Part shown: in pieces, positions 63,600-64,000 of the stretch
How the letters are laid out: each line of letters opens with the position of its first letter
How positions within the stretch are numbered: position 1 is the first letter of the stretch
Made by a program: the position numbers and the translations under genes
From: a virus
DNA length: 64,000 nt
Strand: one strand, 5' to 3'
IMG/VR virus record: IMGVR_UViG_3300047160_006900
Coordinates: 32,001-96,000 of that record
Notes under the pieces: generated by a model
What the model saw: the letters and a program-made list of their open reading frames with translations, nothing else
Database searches by the model: none
What the model was told of the DNA's origin: nothing

Positions 63600-64000
63600 G
63601 GGAGCGCTGGCCGAGCTAGGGATCGAGGTCGCCAGCGTCAGTGGCAAGGAGTACTGGGCGCACTGCCCCGGGCATGCGGCCCGGACGGGGAAGCCCGACA
63701 ACAAGCCGTCCTGGTCCATCAACGGGGAGTCCCTGGCCCACCACTGCTTCTCCTGTGGATACTCGGGGAACCTCGTCACCCTGTATCGGGATCTGATCGG
63801 GAAGGCTCCCGACAACCTGGAGTGGGAACTCGCCAAGCAGGGAGTCCTGCGGGCGATGGAGCCCACGGCCAAGATGGACGAGGGACCCAAGGTCAGCGAG
63901 TGGACCCTGAAGCAGTTCGTGGACGTCCCCGACCGGCTGCTGCAGCATCGGTATCTCCAGCGGGAGTCGGTGGACTTCTATGGCGTCCGCTGGGATCCGG
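63586..64000 (+). CDS. dnaG: DNA primase, N-terminal CHC2 zinc finger (3' truncated by window)
   Basis: Hand translation MADLEGALAELGIE...HCPGH...DNKPSWSIN...HHCFSCGYSGNL. Confidence 0.88.
   Translation, partial: MADLEGALAELGIEVASVSGKEYWAHCPGHAARTGKPDNKPSWSINGESLAHHCFSCGYSGNLVTLYRDLIGKAPDNLEWELAKQGVLRAMEPTAKMDEGPKVSEWTLKQFVDVPDRLLQHRYLQRESVDFYGVRWDP

Larger units (their letters stand above)
1..64000 (+). mobile_element. Tailed bacteriophage genome segment (contractile tail, probable actinobacterial host)
   Basis: Terminase, portal, scaffold, major capsid, sheath, tube, tape measure, baseplate, WhiB, DnaB and primase occur in phage order, co-oriented with many ATGA/TGATG overlaps. No host housekeeping genes or integrase seen. 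Confidence 0.96.

Noticed and set aside
1-64000. Prophage boundary, att site or integrase
   Set aside because: No host genes, integrase or repressor cassette is seen, so lifestyle cannot be determined from this window.

Overview
The whole window is a densely coding, almost entirely + strand, high-GC tailed-phage genome segment (Caudoviricetes, contractile-tailed/myovirus layout). A WhiB gene and leaderless-type promoters point to an actinobacterial host. Gene order: small accessory genes (Rpf/transglycosylase-like fragment, KTSC protein); terminase large subunit; portal, scaffold and major capsid protein; a ~27 kb block of head/neck genes interleaved with three Gly-X-Thr collagen fibres, a methyltransferase plus glycosyltransferase pair, an HNH endonuclease and four large FN3/glycoside-hydrolase-like proteins; tail sheath, tube, frameshifted chaperone and a tape measure with an M15 peptidase; baseplate; a two-gene moron; then WhiB, a replication initiator with internal palindromic iterons, a DnaC-like ATPase, DnaB and a primase cut off by the window end. 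The most unusual signals are: an FN3 domain split cleanly between two adjacent genes, with a whole enzyme-like module inserted between the halves; a coiled-coil protein and an Ig-like protein ending in the same C-terminal strand; a BclA-like collagen plus glycosylation kit; and a promoter-hairpin-terminator small-RNA unit. All calls come from reading motifs by eye, with no database search. Coordinates of sub-gene motifs are approximate.
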